A stretch of 64,000 nt of DNA from the NCBI GenBank assembly GCA_964187785.1, contig OZ076409.1:31684001-31748000 (forward strand), given 5' to 3'. The position numbers and the translations under genes were made by a program. The notes under the pieces were generated by a model. That model was not told where the DNA came from, searched no databases, and saw only the letters and a program-made list of their open reading frames with translations. Numbering within the stretch: position 1 is the stretch's first letter; each line of letters starts with the position of its first letter. Source of the DNA: Amphiscolops sp. MND2022 (lineage: Eukaryota). Positions 25,075 through 35,957 of the stretch are shown piece by piece.

Positions 25075-28000
25075 TTTCAAGTGACTAATGTTCATAAGCA
25101 CGTGATTGCACGCCATGATCCAGTAAGTATCGTTTGTCGTCTTAAGAACTCAGAGCTAGTTTGTTCACCCGGTTGACAAGAATTTGATGGTTGATAGAAC
25201 GCAATTGTGTCATTGATCTTCTGACAGATTGATGATCGAACAGACGTGATTTGAATAGGTCATGGTGCAGAGTCTTTTTGACATCTTTCTGAAATGCTTT
25301 CACACTCTGCTGCGAAGCCCCTTCGAACTGAATGCTATACAGCTTGGATCGTAAACACACAACTTCATTCAGAACCCTTCCTTGAAGTTCATCAGTCATT
25401 GTGAAGGGAACTTTCTTGTTGGACTTTTCTTGAAGAAAATGAAACTCGGGGTAATCAGATAAATCCAGGAGGTGTTTGAAGCCTTGCATTTACTCGTACA
25501 AGTCTTTCGTTTACATGCGATATAGTAGCGAATCAGTGTCTTTATAACACACTTTCAAACGATTACCTATCGAGGTTTCATCTCGTCGTAGTGGAAGCGG
25601 TAGAGACAGAGCTTTGAAAGGTCAAGTATTAAAGCACCCACCGGAGTTGGCTTTTCCCAAGAAATTTTGTTAGGAGAAAAGGTGACTGACATTAAATTGT
25701 CGTGGATGATCTGAAAGCCTTTAAAATTGGGTTTTTGCAAGTGCTTTTCAGCTTGCTTCCTACTACTGACAAAAAGTATTTCCCGGCGGTTGCGAAATTT
25801 TTCCATAGTTTTACCAAAGCAAGCATTTTTCACGAGTTTGTAGATTTTTTTCAAAATGATTCCCAGCTCGTTTCCTCATAACAGTGTTTTTGGATAATCC
25901 CCAAGCCACTTGTTTTGTCTAAACTGCAATACACGGTGCAATCGTTTCACTTTAGGACCATGCTTCAGGTAGATTTTCAGGTTTCTGTAGTGACACATAA
26001 TTGTTTATAAAATAGCGTCTCTGTCAACTTTTTCGTCGCATCCGAAGCGCTCCAAAGTTTCATTCCAAAGCCATGATAACCATGATTGTTGTATGGGAAG
26101 TTTCTCCGGTGCAGGAAGCAGATCATTGTGTTGATCACGCAGCTCCGGGGGATACTCAAGGTCAACTTCAACAAAAAATCCAAAATCAGAGTCGTCACCA
26201 GTGTTGAGTACCTCAACGAGAGTTTTTGTATCATTCCACGTGTAAGAATCGAGAGGAAGCATTTGCAGCATGGTCTCTGCATAAAGGGAAGTCACGTCAA
26301 AAAAGGCTCCGCCGTTTTTCCGCGACAAAGTCATTGAGGTCTTTTCTGTTGGCTACCAAAATGGCGAAGCTCACCAATGTAGTTGATGCCTCCACGGATG
26401 CCTCTTTCGCAAAACAAGAGCATATCGATATCTGTTAACAGACCAGGGTTGCTTTGGTTGTAATTAGCATTGCTTCCCATCTCAAATTCGGTGCCGAGAT
26501 AAAATGAGCAGGGTCGAAAGAGTAAACTTTCATACACACTCTCCTGAGAAGTTGGAAGACATCTGCTAAAACAAGTACATCAATTTCTAGGTATACGTCG
26601 TGATAGTCGCCCAGGGATTTGCATTGCAACAAGTTGTAGAGATTAAGAGCTTTTTTCACTGATCTTCTGTGACATCAATTTTTCCAGTCAAAGTGTTTTT
26701 CCAATCATCGCCATAAGCCGGTTGAGGTTGATTGAACTTTTCGAAAGAATGATGATAACTGTACGGGAAAAATCCTTTTTCAGAAAAGAGCGTCCAATGC
26801 ACCTGGGGATAGACTGAAGAAAAATGTTCTCTGAGAAGCGCAAAGTCCTCCTTCTTCAAGGTTTTAGCAAGAAAGTGCAAGCATTGAGTCATGACCAGAA
26901 AACTGTCCAGGAATCGCATTGCATTCGAAATTTTCACAATTTTACCTTTTTTTGTTGTGTATGATCCGACAAGGATGGAAACACTGGAAGAGATGTAGAC
27001 TTCATCGGTTCTAGAAATGGCCGACAAAGTCTCATTTGCTTTGAGGCTCAATTGTTTGATGATGTGATGTGCATCGTAACGGGAAAGATTTTGAGAGAAC
27101 ACCGGAAGAAAAGAAACCGATCGTGCTTTTAAGTTACATTCGGGATGTGCAACGCCGAATATATGACCTGTTAGATGGCAGTGATGAATCACTTTGCGAG
27201 GGTGTGCAATGTTATTGCCAGAAATGCAACAAGCAGTAGCTGCATCTGTCATCAACTGCTCTTGTTCTAGTTTGGATGTTTAAAAACGGATACTTTTGTT
27301 TTTCCACGTAAGCACAAGTCAATCAACCCCGCAATTTTTTCATCAATTTTCAATACAATCTTCTCTGTAGAATGCTTCATCCGTAATACTTTTGGTTCTC
27401 TTGTCGAAAAGAACAGCGCCAAAACTGGCTGGATATTGTCTTTCAATTTCGGTTGTGTTGGATGTTGATGCGCCATTTTCATCACATTTAACATCAATTT
27501 CTTCCAAATCAGCATACACAACGAAAGGGCACCATTGCGTTTTCTGCCAATTACTGGAAAATATAGTCTTCCCATCTTCGGGCATTTGTATCTCCACCGG
27601 CTTGTGCTCTTCACAAAACTCCAAGTGTTTTTGATAGTTTTTTTTCGCACAATCGGTTGAAAACAATTGCCGCAAAACTTGCTCTTGGGACATTTAAATC
27701 GCTTTCTTCGAGAAGTTCTTGATGAGACAATAGTGACTTTTTGTGTCCTTCATGGGCAACAGTTACTTGTTCTTCTTTCGACTTGCTCTGTTTTTGGACT
27801 GATAAACATTGTAGAGATTTTCATTCTCGGAGCGGTAAACTGTAATGGAAACATTATTTCGTCTCCCAAAAAAGCGTAATTAACTGAGACACATTGGAAA
27901 ATCTTGTATATTGAAGTCCAATCTTTCGAGCAAATGCATATAAGAAAAAGGTCGCTTACAGTGTTTCTTCTGAGGATACAATGCCGCGAAAACACAGTAC

Positions 28001-28882
28001 AGGAAACATAAGTCATCACTTTTGTTTCTATCATTCAGAATACTTCTTGAGAGCCCACTCAAAGTGGCAAGCGTTGGAATGAAGGATGAGCCCGATCGTC
28101 TCATGGGAGCTTCGACTTCGACTTCAACAGCAAGACGCGTGTCCACAACCCAACCGGATCCTCCAGAGCAATAAACTTTCTTTTGAGAGATTAATTGATC
28201 AACAAAATTGTTAAAGTCATCGTCCTGCAGTTCATGTCCCAATGGTTCCATTTTTGTATGGAAATACGCTATCACTGTCTCTCCCTCCAACGGTTTCAAC
28301 AGTCAAACGTGAATAGTAAGGCCAACTCTACTTGACTCATTGATTGGTAATTTGTTGTTGATGAATGATAGAATTTGTTTGTTGTTGGATAGTAAATATT
28401 GAAACGGTTCCACCACTGTTGATTCCAACTCCAAGCGATAAATTGTGCAAGCCGAATTGAGAGCTGTTTTGAAGCCAGATGTTTTTGCCGCCTCGTCAAA
28501 TTCAGATCTTTCAGCCTGAGTGCTATTGCTACCTGACTTGTACGAATGGGAATTGCTCATATGGTTATCAGGTGTTTCTCGATTTCCGAAAATACTCGTA
28601 CAGCAAACACATTTCAAATTGCCAGTTAGTTTGTGTACGTTCCTCAAGTGGCGAAGTAAATTGGATATGGAAATGAATTCTATACCACAAAGACCGCATG
28701 TAAACTTCGTGAGGGAAAGAACTGGTTCTTTTTTATGTCGACTCCGAATATGTTTTTTTTTCGAGGCAAAAGGTATACAACAATCTTCGCAACGATGCCA
28801 TCCTGTTTTCGAAAATAACTTTTTCTAGCTTTATGGAATCATTATATTTACTTGTCACATTTGGGGAAGATTTCATGACCAT
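25075..28882 (-). pseudogene. P1 protein-primed family B DNA polymerase
   Basis: N-terminal C2H2 fingers, GSGW...GSSFIP...D.LCFLYCV, exonuclease VYADLE, NLSRYDAH, FLDS, endonuclease-VII-like HHCHLTG...AHPECN, KGFFPYSY, RGG, DVTSLY, KLVKNACFGKT, DTDSL, DDKRY. Many frameshifts. Confidence 0.95.
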
Positions 28883-31332
28883 TTTTGAACGACAAAAACG
28901 GCTAGAAAAATTAGTGATTTCCGAATACGTTTCAACAAAAAATTGTTTGATAATTTTCAGTTAAAAGTCGAGATGATTTCGGTTATTCAATGTTCAAATT
29001 GGTAGGATATCATGAAAGGTTGTTCAGTTTTGTTCAATAGTTGGGTTATATAAGAAGTTTCACACCATGGTATATCAAGATTGAGAACGGAATATTGAAA
29101 CAAGAAAGAAATTTTATCTAGTTTGGACAACTCATTTTGTATCTAATTTGTCAAAACATCAAACAATAAATTCTCAATGTTTGAAAGTTTAGGATTCACG
29201 AATGGCTTCAAAGTTCGCCGATGAGAATGCATAAAAGAATATCAACTAAATTGTTAAAGTCATCGTCCTGCAGTTCATGTCCCAATGGTTCCATTTTTGT
29301 ATGGAAATACGCTATCACTGTCTCTCCCTCCAACGGTTTCAACAGTCAAACGTGAATAGTAAGGCCAACTCTACTTGACTCATTGATTGGTAATTTGTTG
29401 TTGATGAATGATAGAATTTGTTTGTTGTTGGATAGTAAATATTGAAACGGTTCCACCACTGTTGATTCCAACTCCAAGGGATAAATTGTGCAAGCCGAAT
29501 TGAGAGCTGTTTTGAAGCCAGATGTTTTTGCCGCCTCGTCAAATTCAGATCTTTCAGCCTGAGTGCTATTGCTACCTGACTTGTACGAATGGGAATTGCT
29601 CATATGGTTATCAGGTGTTTCTCGATTTCCGAAAATACTCGTACAGCAAACACATTTCAAATTGCCAGTTAGTTTGTGTACGTTCCTCAAGTGGCGAAGT
29701 AAATTGGATATGGAAATGAATTCTATACCACAAAGACCGCATGTAAACTTCGTGAGGGAAAGAACTGGTTCTTTTTTATGTCGACTCCGAATATGTTTTT
29801 TTTTCGAGGCAAAAGGTATACAACAATCTTCGCAACGATGCCATCCTGTTTTCGAAAATAACTTTTTCTAGCTTTATGGAATCATTATATTTACTTGTCA
29901 CATTTGGGGAAGATTTCATGACCATTTTTGAACGACAAAAACGGCTAGAAAAATTAGTGATTTCCGAATACGTTTCAACAAAAAATTGTTTGATAATTTT
30001 CAGTTAAAAGTCGAGATGATTTCGGTTATTCAATGTTCAAATTGGTAGGATATCATGAAAGGTTGTTCAGTTTTGTTCAATAGTTGGGTTATATAAGAAG
30101 TTTCACATCATGGTATATCAAGATTGAGAACGGAATATTGAAACAAGAAAGAAATTTTATCTAGTTTGGACAACTCATTTTGTATCTAATTTGTCAAAAC
30201 ATCAAACAATAAATTCTCAATGTTTGAAAGTTTAGGATTCACGAATGGCTTCAAAGTTCGCCGATGAGAATGCATAAAAGAATATCAACAAAATTGTTAA
30301 AGTCATCGTCCTGCAGTTCATGTCCCAATGGTTCCATTTTTGTATGGAAATACGCTATCACTGTCTCTCCCTCCAACGGTTTCAACAGTCAAACGTGAAT
30401 AGTAAGGCCAACTCTACTTGACTCATTGATTGGTAATTTGTTGTTGATGAATGATAGAATTTGTTTGTTGTTGGATAGTAAATATTGAAACGGTTCCACC
30501 ACTGTTGATTCCAACTCCAAGCGATAAATTGTGAAAGCCGAATTGAGAGCTGTTTTGAAGCCAGATGTTTTTGCCGCCTCGTCAAATTCAGATCTTTCAG
30601 CCTGAGTGCTATTGCTACCTGACTTGTACGAATGGGAATTGCTCATATGGTTATCAGGTGTTTCTCGATTTCCGAAAATACTCGTACAGCAAACACATTT
30701 CAAATTGCCAGTTAGTTTGTGTACGTTCCTCAAGTGGCGAAGTAAATTGGATATGGAAATGAATTCTATACCACAAAGACCGCATGTAAACTTCGTGAGG
30801 GAAAGAACTGGTTCTTTTTTATGTCGACTCCGAATATGTTTTTTTTTTCGAGGCAAAAGGTATACAACAATCTTCGCAACGATGCCATCCTGTTTTCGAA
30901 AATAACTTTTTCTAGCTTTATGGAATCATTATATTTACTTGTCACATTTGGGGAAGATTTCATGACCATTTTTGAACGACAAAAACGGCTAGAAAAATTA
31001 GTGATTTCCGAATACGTTTCAACAAAAAATTGTTTGATAATTTTCAGTTAAAAGTCGAGATGATTTCGGTTATTCAATGTTCAAATTGGTAGGATATCAT
31101 GAAAGGTTGTTCAGTTTTGTTCAATAGTTGGGTTATATAAGAAGTTTCACATCATGGTATATCAAGATTGAGAACGGAATATTGAAACAAGAAAGAAATT
31201 TTATCTAGTTTGGACAACTCATTTTGTATCTAATTTGTCAAAACATCAAACAATAAATTCTCAATGTTTGAAAGTTTAGGATTCACGAATGGCTTCAAAG
31301 TTCGCCGATGAGAATGCATAAAAGAATATCAA
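28198..31332. repeat. Three-copy tandem array, unit 1043-1044 bp (pPolB 5' end and upstream region)
   Basis: Units start at 28198, 29241 and 30284; only a handful of differences between copies; junction microhomology ATCAA. Confidence 0.97.
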
Positions 31333-31408
31333 GGATTCATATTTGGCTCTCTACCATATCAAGGATTCATAATTGGCTCTAACAGATCAAGGATTCATAA
31401 TTGGCTCT
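31328..31408. repeat. Three ~23-bp subterminal repeats of P1
   Basis: ATCAAGGATTCATA(T/A)TTGGCTCT occurs three times, about 50 bp before the ACTACT terminus candidate. Confidence 0.75.
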
Positions 31409-31879
31409 AAGCGCGTCTCAAGCATTCATGATTGTCTCTAAACCACCCTTTCCTTACTACTGTGATCCTTTATTCTCGCTTAACGGTTTTTTCCGGACTT
31501 TAAAAAACTTTAAAAAATACTTATATGAGGTAGCATTTGATGAAATTGTGAAAATTTCGATTAAAAAGTCGCAGAGCGCCTAAAAATCCAACGGCTTCAA
31601 AGAGAGTTGGGTCTCTTTGGTTTTCGTTTACTTCAGCGTACATTAGATTAAAATTGTCCATCTTGAATTCGAACACTCCCAGCCACGCACTCATCAACTA
31701 TGGCACTGGAACAGCTTACAGAAACTCAGAGAAATCTGCCAGTTCGCTGGTCTTAAAAAGCCACTACTATAGTCGAAGTTTTTTTTGAGAAATGAAATCG
31801 CACCATTACGACGATACGTTTTAGACTGGAAAAGTGAGGAAACCATGCGTTCTGTGTAATAGAGTCAGTTTTTTTATAG

Positions 31880-32259
31880 ATATGTGCCTTAAATGGAGGT
31901 TACTGCCCACAAGCTCTTCTAACATTGGGAAGCAGTACCCTCCCAACTGGGTGTGCAACAATAATCCTGATGCCCAGTACAACAGATGCAATGCCCCCGA
32001 ACAAAAGTTCTCGTTTCCACTCATTGACAGAAAAAAACTCAACAAAGATGCTGTTACTACTCCTCCGCCTGAAGATAAGCCTACAATAACGAAGGCTGCA
32101 GAAATGCCGAGTTTTGGAAGAACCATTCTTAGAAAACCAGATGTTTTGCCTCCGATGAGGATCTTCAAACCCAGTCCGTTACCTTTGTCAATCATTGGCC
32201 CCACCAAAGTGAACGAATCGCCAAAGCTACTAAACCAAACTCAATTACCAGCGAAAAGA
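31880..32259 (+). CDS. MORC2: MORC2-like gene, exon D (CW-type zinc finger and start of Pro-rich linker)
   Basis: ttttatag acceptor; the phase-1 join with exon C gives QC-D-MCLKWRLLP...YPPNWVCNNNPDAQYNRCNAPEQK. aga|gtacgt donor. AIQCD lacks the first Trp of the MORC3/4 WVQCD motif, consistent with the MORC1/2 type. Confidence 0.95.
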
Positions 32260-32818
32260 GTACGTTAGACTTTTGGATGTAATGATGGAGTTGCAACAAT
32301 TTCGAAGCTTGCATGGCATTTTATGTTTTCAAATTTGAGTCTGTTGGACATTTCTACCCGTTTATGATGAACTTTAAAACTCCTGCTAAGCCCTAGGAAA
32401 CCAGATTCATTAGCTGGGGAATCCCTACAATATAAAGTTTCGGAGTATGCCCAAATGTTTCGGCTTGTGTTGAACCACGGCGGCCATTTTCAGGGAGTAT
32501 TTTCTTTTTCAGGTTTAGAAAAAATGTTGCAAACTTTATCTGTGCTCAAGTGCTGGTGGGAAATTTCTTCGCAAAACTTTAGATGGTTTGAAACGGTTCT
32601 TTTTTTCAAAGGATATATAACTCCTTTTTATTTCTAAAAATAAAGAAAGTAATAGTCTCTCCATAAAATTAGTCATCCACATTTGGATATGTAGTTTAGT
32701 TATTCGAGTAAGTCAGTCATTTATCCAACTTCGTTGTCAGACAAATTTTTTCGTTGCTGTTATGAACTTCATTAACGTCATACGCTCATCTTTGTTCAAT
32801 AGTTTCAACCTGTTGACG

Positions 32819-32946
32819 TTGAGGGACCTGATGTTCTCATTCTTAGTGTAAAAAGAAATGACTGTTGTTGTCCTCCATGGAACATATGCATTCTAAAATT
32901 TCGAAAAACCTGGATACTGAAGAAACTCGAAAGTTGGCATTTCGTT
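32819..32946 (+). repeat. Left copy of ~130-bp direct repeat flanking P2 (right copy 42825-42954)
   Basis: TTGAGGGA...GTTGGCATTTCGTT occurs on both flanks with about 9 substitutions and one 2-nt indel. Confidence 0.92.
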
Positions 32947-34731
32947 GGCATTAGTTGGCATAGTAGTATGCGAAATGCCGATCCTGATATAAACAAAAAA
33001 ATTCAAGTCCGTCTAATCATTAGAAATTAAGCATTTTTCCCAAAACAAATCATCAAAATTAGGGTTTTTCACACCAAGCAACAAAAAAAAATTAAAGTTC
33101 GTATAATCATTAAAATTGAGCATTTTTCCAAAACAAACCATCAAAATTAGCCTTTTTTCACAACTAAAAAATAGCATCATGAAGCAAAAATTCACTAACC
33201 TCTATAGTGTAATACATTGTGTGCGGCCAGCGTTCAATGTGTGATACATTATTTGTGCAGCCAGCGTTGCAACCAGCGTTGCAGCCAGCGTTGCTGTACC
33301 GGAGGCAATGCAAATTGAAAATGAATAGTGGAAAACGCAAGTACCGGCGTATACGTTATTACCTCAGGTGCCTTCGGTGTTATTATATAACTAAAACTAA
33401 CATTGATTCTTCTCCCATGGCTTAGTGGTTATAGCATTGACTAAAGTTAAGGCTTCAGCCGGGGTGTTTGAGGTTCACTTCTAACCAACGTCCCCCAGTC
33501 TTTGTAATAACTTACATGCTATGGGAGAATAACCACCAACGGCACAGTTCTTAAAAAGGATGATCCCTGCTGTTGAAACTCTTAGTGGAACAGACTCACG
33601 ATGGGCTTTGATTTTACCATAGGTATGCCAATGCATATACCAATGCACATGCCAAAGCACATGCCAATGCACATGCTAATGAGCATGCCTCTGGGTTTTG
33701 CATTTTTAATACATGGGAAATCATTTTAGAGAAAAACGACAGGAACAAAAGTTGGAGAGTATTCACACATTTTACCGAAGCCGCTTTGCGTGTTCCTAAG
33801 GGTTTTGTGGATAATCAACCCACTAATTACTAGGTGAGAAAACACCCTGAAATACAGCTTCGCTGGCTCTGCATATATTTTTCTCGACTTTCTCGACACC
33901 CTTTTAACTTTTTCATCTCAATAAATGTCTCTTCATAAGTTTGGTTATTCTAGTGAACAGCTAAAACTGAGGGAATATCAGGAGCTAAAAGATATGATAA
34001 AAAGTCAAGAAAAGCTAGCCCAAATAACCCATTCCGTATTAAAAGTTTCGAGAATGAATTAGAAAATGAATCAGAAAACTTATCAGAAAACTTGTTAGAA
34101 AATCAAGAGAAATTAATAGAAGAAAAAATACTAGACCAAATACTAGACCCACAGGAAATTCAAAATGTTTTATTAAACTCAAAGTTTATCAATGATATTT
34201 ATTCCCAGTTTTCGGACCTTTCAAAAACCATGAATAAGTTAGAACAAAATATGAAAAACTCTTTCAACAAAGAACTGCTTTAATAAATGAAGTATTAGAC
34301 TTGATACACAAGAGTAGTTTTGAAATATTGACAGTCCGCAACTTAAAGTTTGTATCAACTGCGGGTCCAGCTGGAATGATTTTAAATGGTGATGAAATAA
34401 AAACTATTCTTAATAGTCTAGATCAAAATAAAATTACTGTAACTAACAACATAATTCAACTACTTTATGACAAAGGTTTTTTCGATTCTTTTCCCAATAA
34501 AGATCAAGCTTTTGCAAATTATCTAACTTTGAGTGAAACATTCTGATTGGAGAAGTATGGAAAAACAATACCTACTTCAGATGGTGAATATTATCTGTCT
34601 GATTTAGATTATTCTACCGGAGAAAAAATTTTGAGGTCATTGAAAAAAGATTCCTATATAGATATAGTTGATATGAAACACAGAATATATTAACACCAAC
34701 GGAAATGAATTTCGTTTTATATGAATGATAA

Positions 34732-35211
34732 ATGGAACAAAAACTCTATCCCTCAGCGCCCTATTTAAAAAGCGATGTAGAATCAATTATTAATAAGCAA
34801 TTAGCAAAAGTATCTAGTTTCAATAATTCTATTCAAAATATCATGATGATGATGAAATATTATGAAATGGAAGAAAAGAAATATAAGAAAAAATACACCA
34901 AATACAAGCTAATAAATAACCTAATTAACTCGACTTATGGTCTTGTAATAATAGGAACATATTCAGCATCCGTTACTCTAAGTAATACTGGTGTGGGCAT
35001 TATAGTTGTTCCAATCACTGCAGGAGTTGATTGTGCAACTGGTATTCTTGTTGAAATTTGTTCCAGTTATTTGAAGAAAAAGGAGCAAAATTATAAACTT
35101 AAGTACGCTATTATTCAGAAGACACTTGACGACTTTAGACAACTTCATGTCACTGGCCTAAAAGATTATCATATAAATGAAAAAGAATATCACCGATTTG
35201 TGAATATGTAG
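34732..35211 (+). CDS. P2 putative membrane protein (coiled coil plus Gly-rich hydrophobic hairpin)
   Basis: MEQKLYPSAPYL...YKKKYTKYK...GLVIIGTYSASVTLSNTGVGIIVVPITAGV. Resembles a recurrent Polinton accessory ORF; the stop at 35211 may be premature. Confidence 0.6.
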   Translation: MEQKLYPSAPYLKSDVESIINKQLAKVSSFNNSIQNIMMMMKYYEMEEKKYKKKYTKYKLINNLINSTYGLVIIGTYSASVTLSNTGVGIIVVPITAGVDCATGILVEICSSYLKKKEQNYKLKYAIIQKTLDDFRQLHVTGLKDYHINEKEYHRFVNM

Positions 35212-35365
35212 GAAAATTATCAATCACAAAATAATATTACAAACAAGCGTGATACAACAACATCAAACAGATTTTTTAAATGATTAATTTGTTCAATTTT
35301 AACATAAAAAGTAAAATTCATTGAAAATTATATCGCTATTAAATAGATAAGTTTATTATAAAAGA

Positions 35366-35584
35366 ATGGAGTATTGTAGAATTTGTAATTCTGATTATAA
35401 AAAAGCTTTCAAATCTGATCATTTGAAATCAGTAAAACATTTAGAAAAGTTAAATCAATATTATTCTAAAAAATGTAATACATTCATGCCCCTATCAGAT
35501 AAGTCCAATCATTTAAGTTCAAATGACCACAAGAACAAAACTAAACATCAGCGAATTTCGTGTGAAGATTGTGGTAAATATATC
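35366..35584 (+). pseudogene. P2 first, truncated copy of pPolB N-terminal zinc fingers
   Basis: MEYCRICNSDYKKAFKSDHLKSVKH...CEDCGKYI is a diverged paralogue of the sequence at 35958-36178. Confidence 0.8.
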
Positions 35585-35957
35585 ATTTTTGAGAAAAACA
35601 TCGAAACAAAAGTTGTAGAAAATCAACAGTTACACACATTTTAATTCTAACCTTTTTCTACAATCAACCCCCCCCCAATTACCAGGTGTAAAAACTGGGT
35701 TTTTCTGACTTCTCTAAATTGAGTCATCCTACTATACCGACTCAGGCGATCAAAGTTATAGACAATAACAAACTTTTTTCAAAAATAAAATTTTCCATAA
35801 CCCGAACCCAGCAATCAACACCTATCAAAACAGGTGTAAAAATGGGTTTTTCTGTCAAAACAGGTGTAAAAAAAGGTAAGAAAAATAGAAAATTTCCAAT
35901 TTTTAGAAAATGTATTCATAGAAAAATTTCAAACTATTTTTTCTTCATTGAATAGAA

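Larger units (their letters stand above)
11585..31461. mobile_element. Polinton/Maverick P1, decayed, left end not found, two internal tandem arrays
   Basis: Packaging ATPase, minor and major capsid, adenain-like protease (+) and protein-primed PolB (-). Candidate right terminus ACTACT at 31456-31461, preceded by subterminal repeats. Confidence 0.93.

Noticed and set aside
30389..30856. MPRKKK... as the true intact start of P1 pPolB
   Set aside because: It starts at TTG and depends on an extra T in a homopolymer; the 9-T copies give a better zinc-finger frame (CEDC...HIRSRH).
31763..31768. Second ACTACT as the P1 right terminus
   Set aside because: It lies within unrelated dispersed-repeat-like sequence; the ACTACT at 31456 is adjacent to the subterminal repeats.
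33624..33690. 12-bp repeat ATGCCAATGCAC giving a His/Trp-repeat ORF (33481-33672)
   Set aside because: A simple minisatellite; the MHWHVLWH reading is a by-product with no support as a gene.
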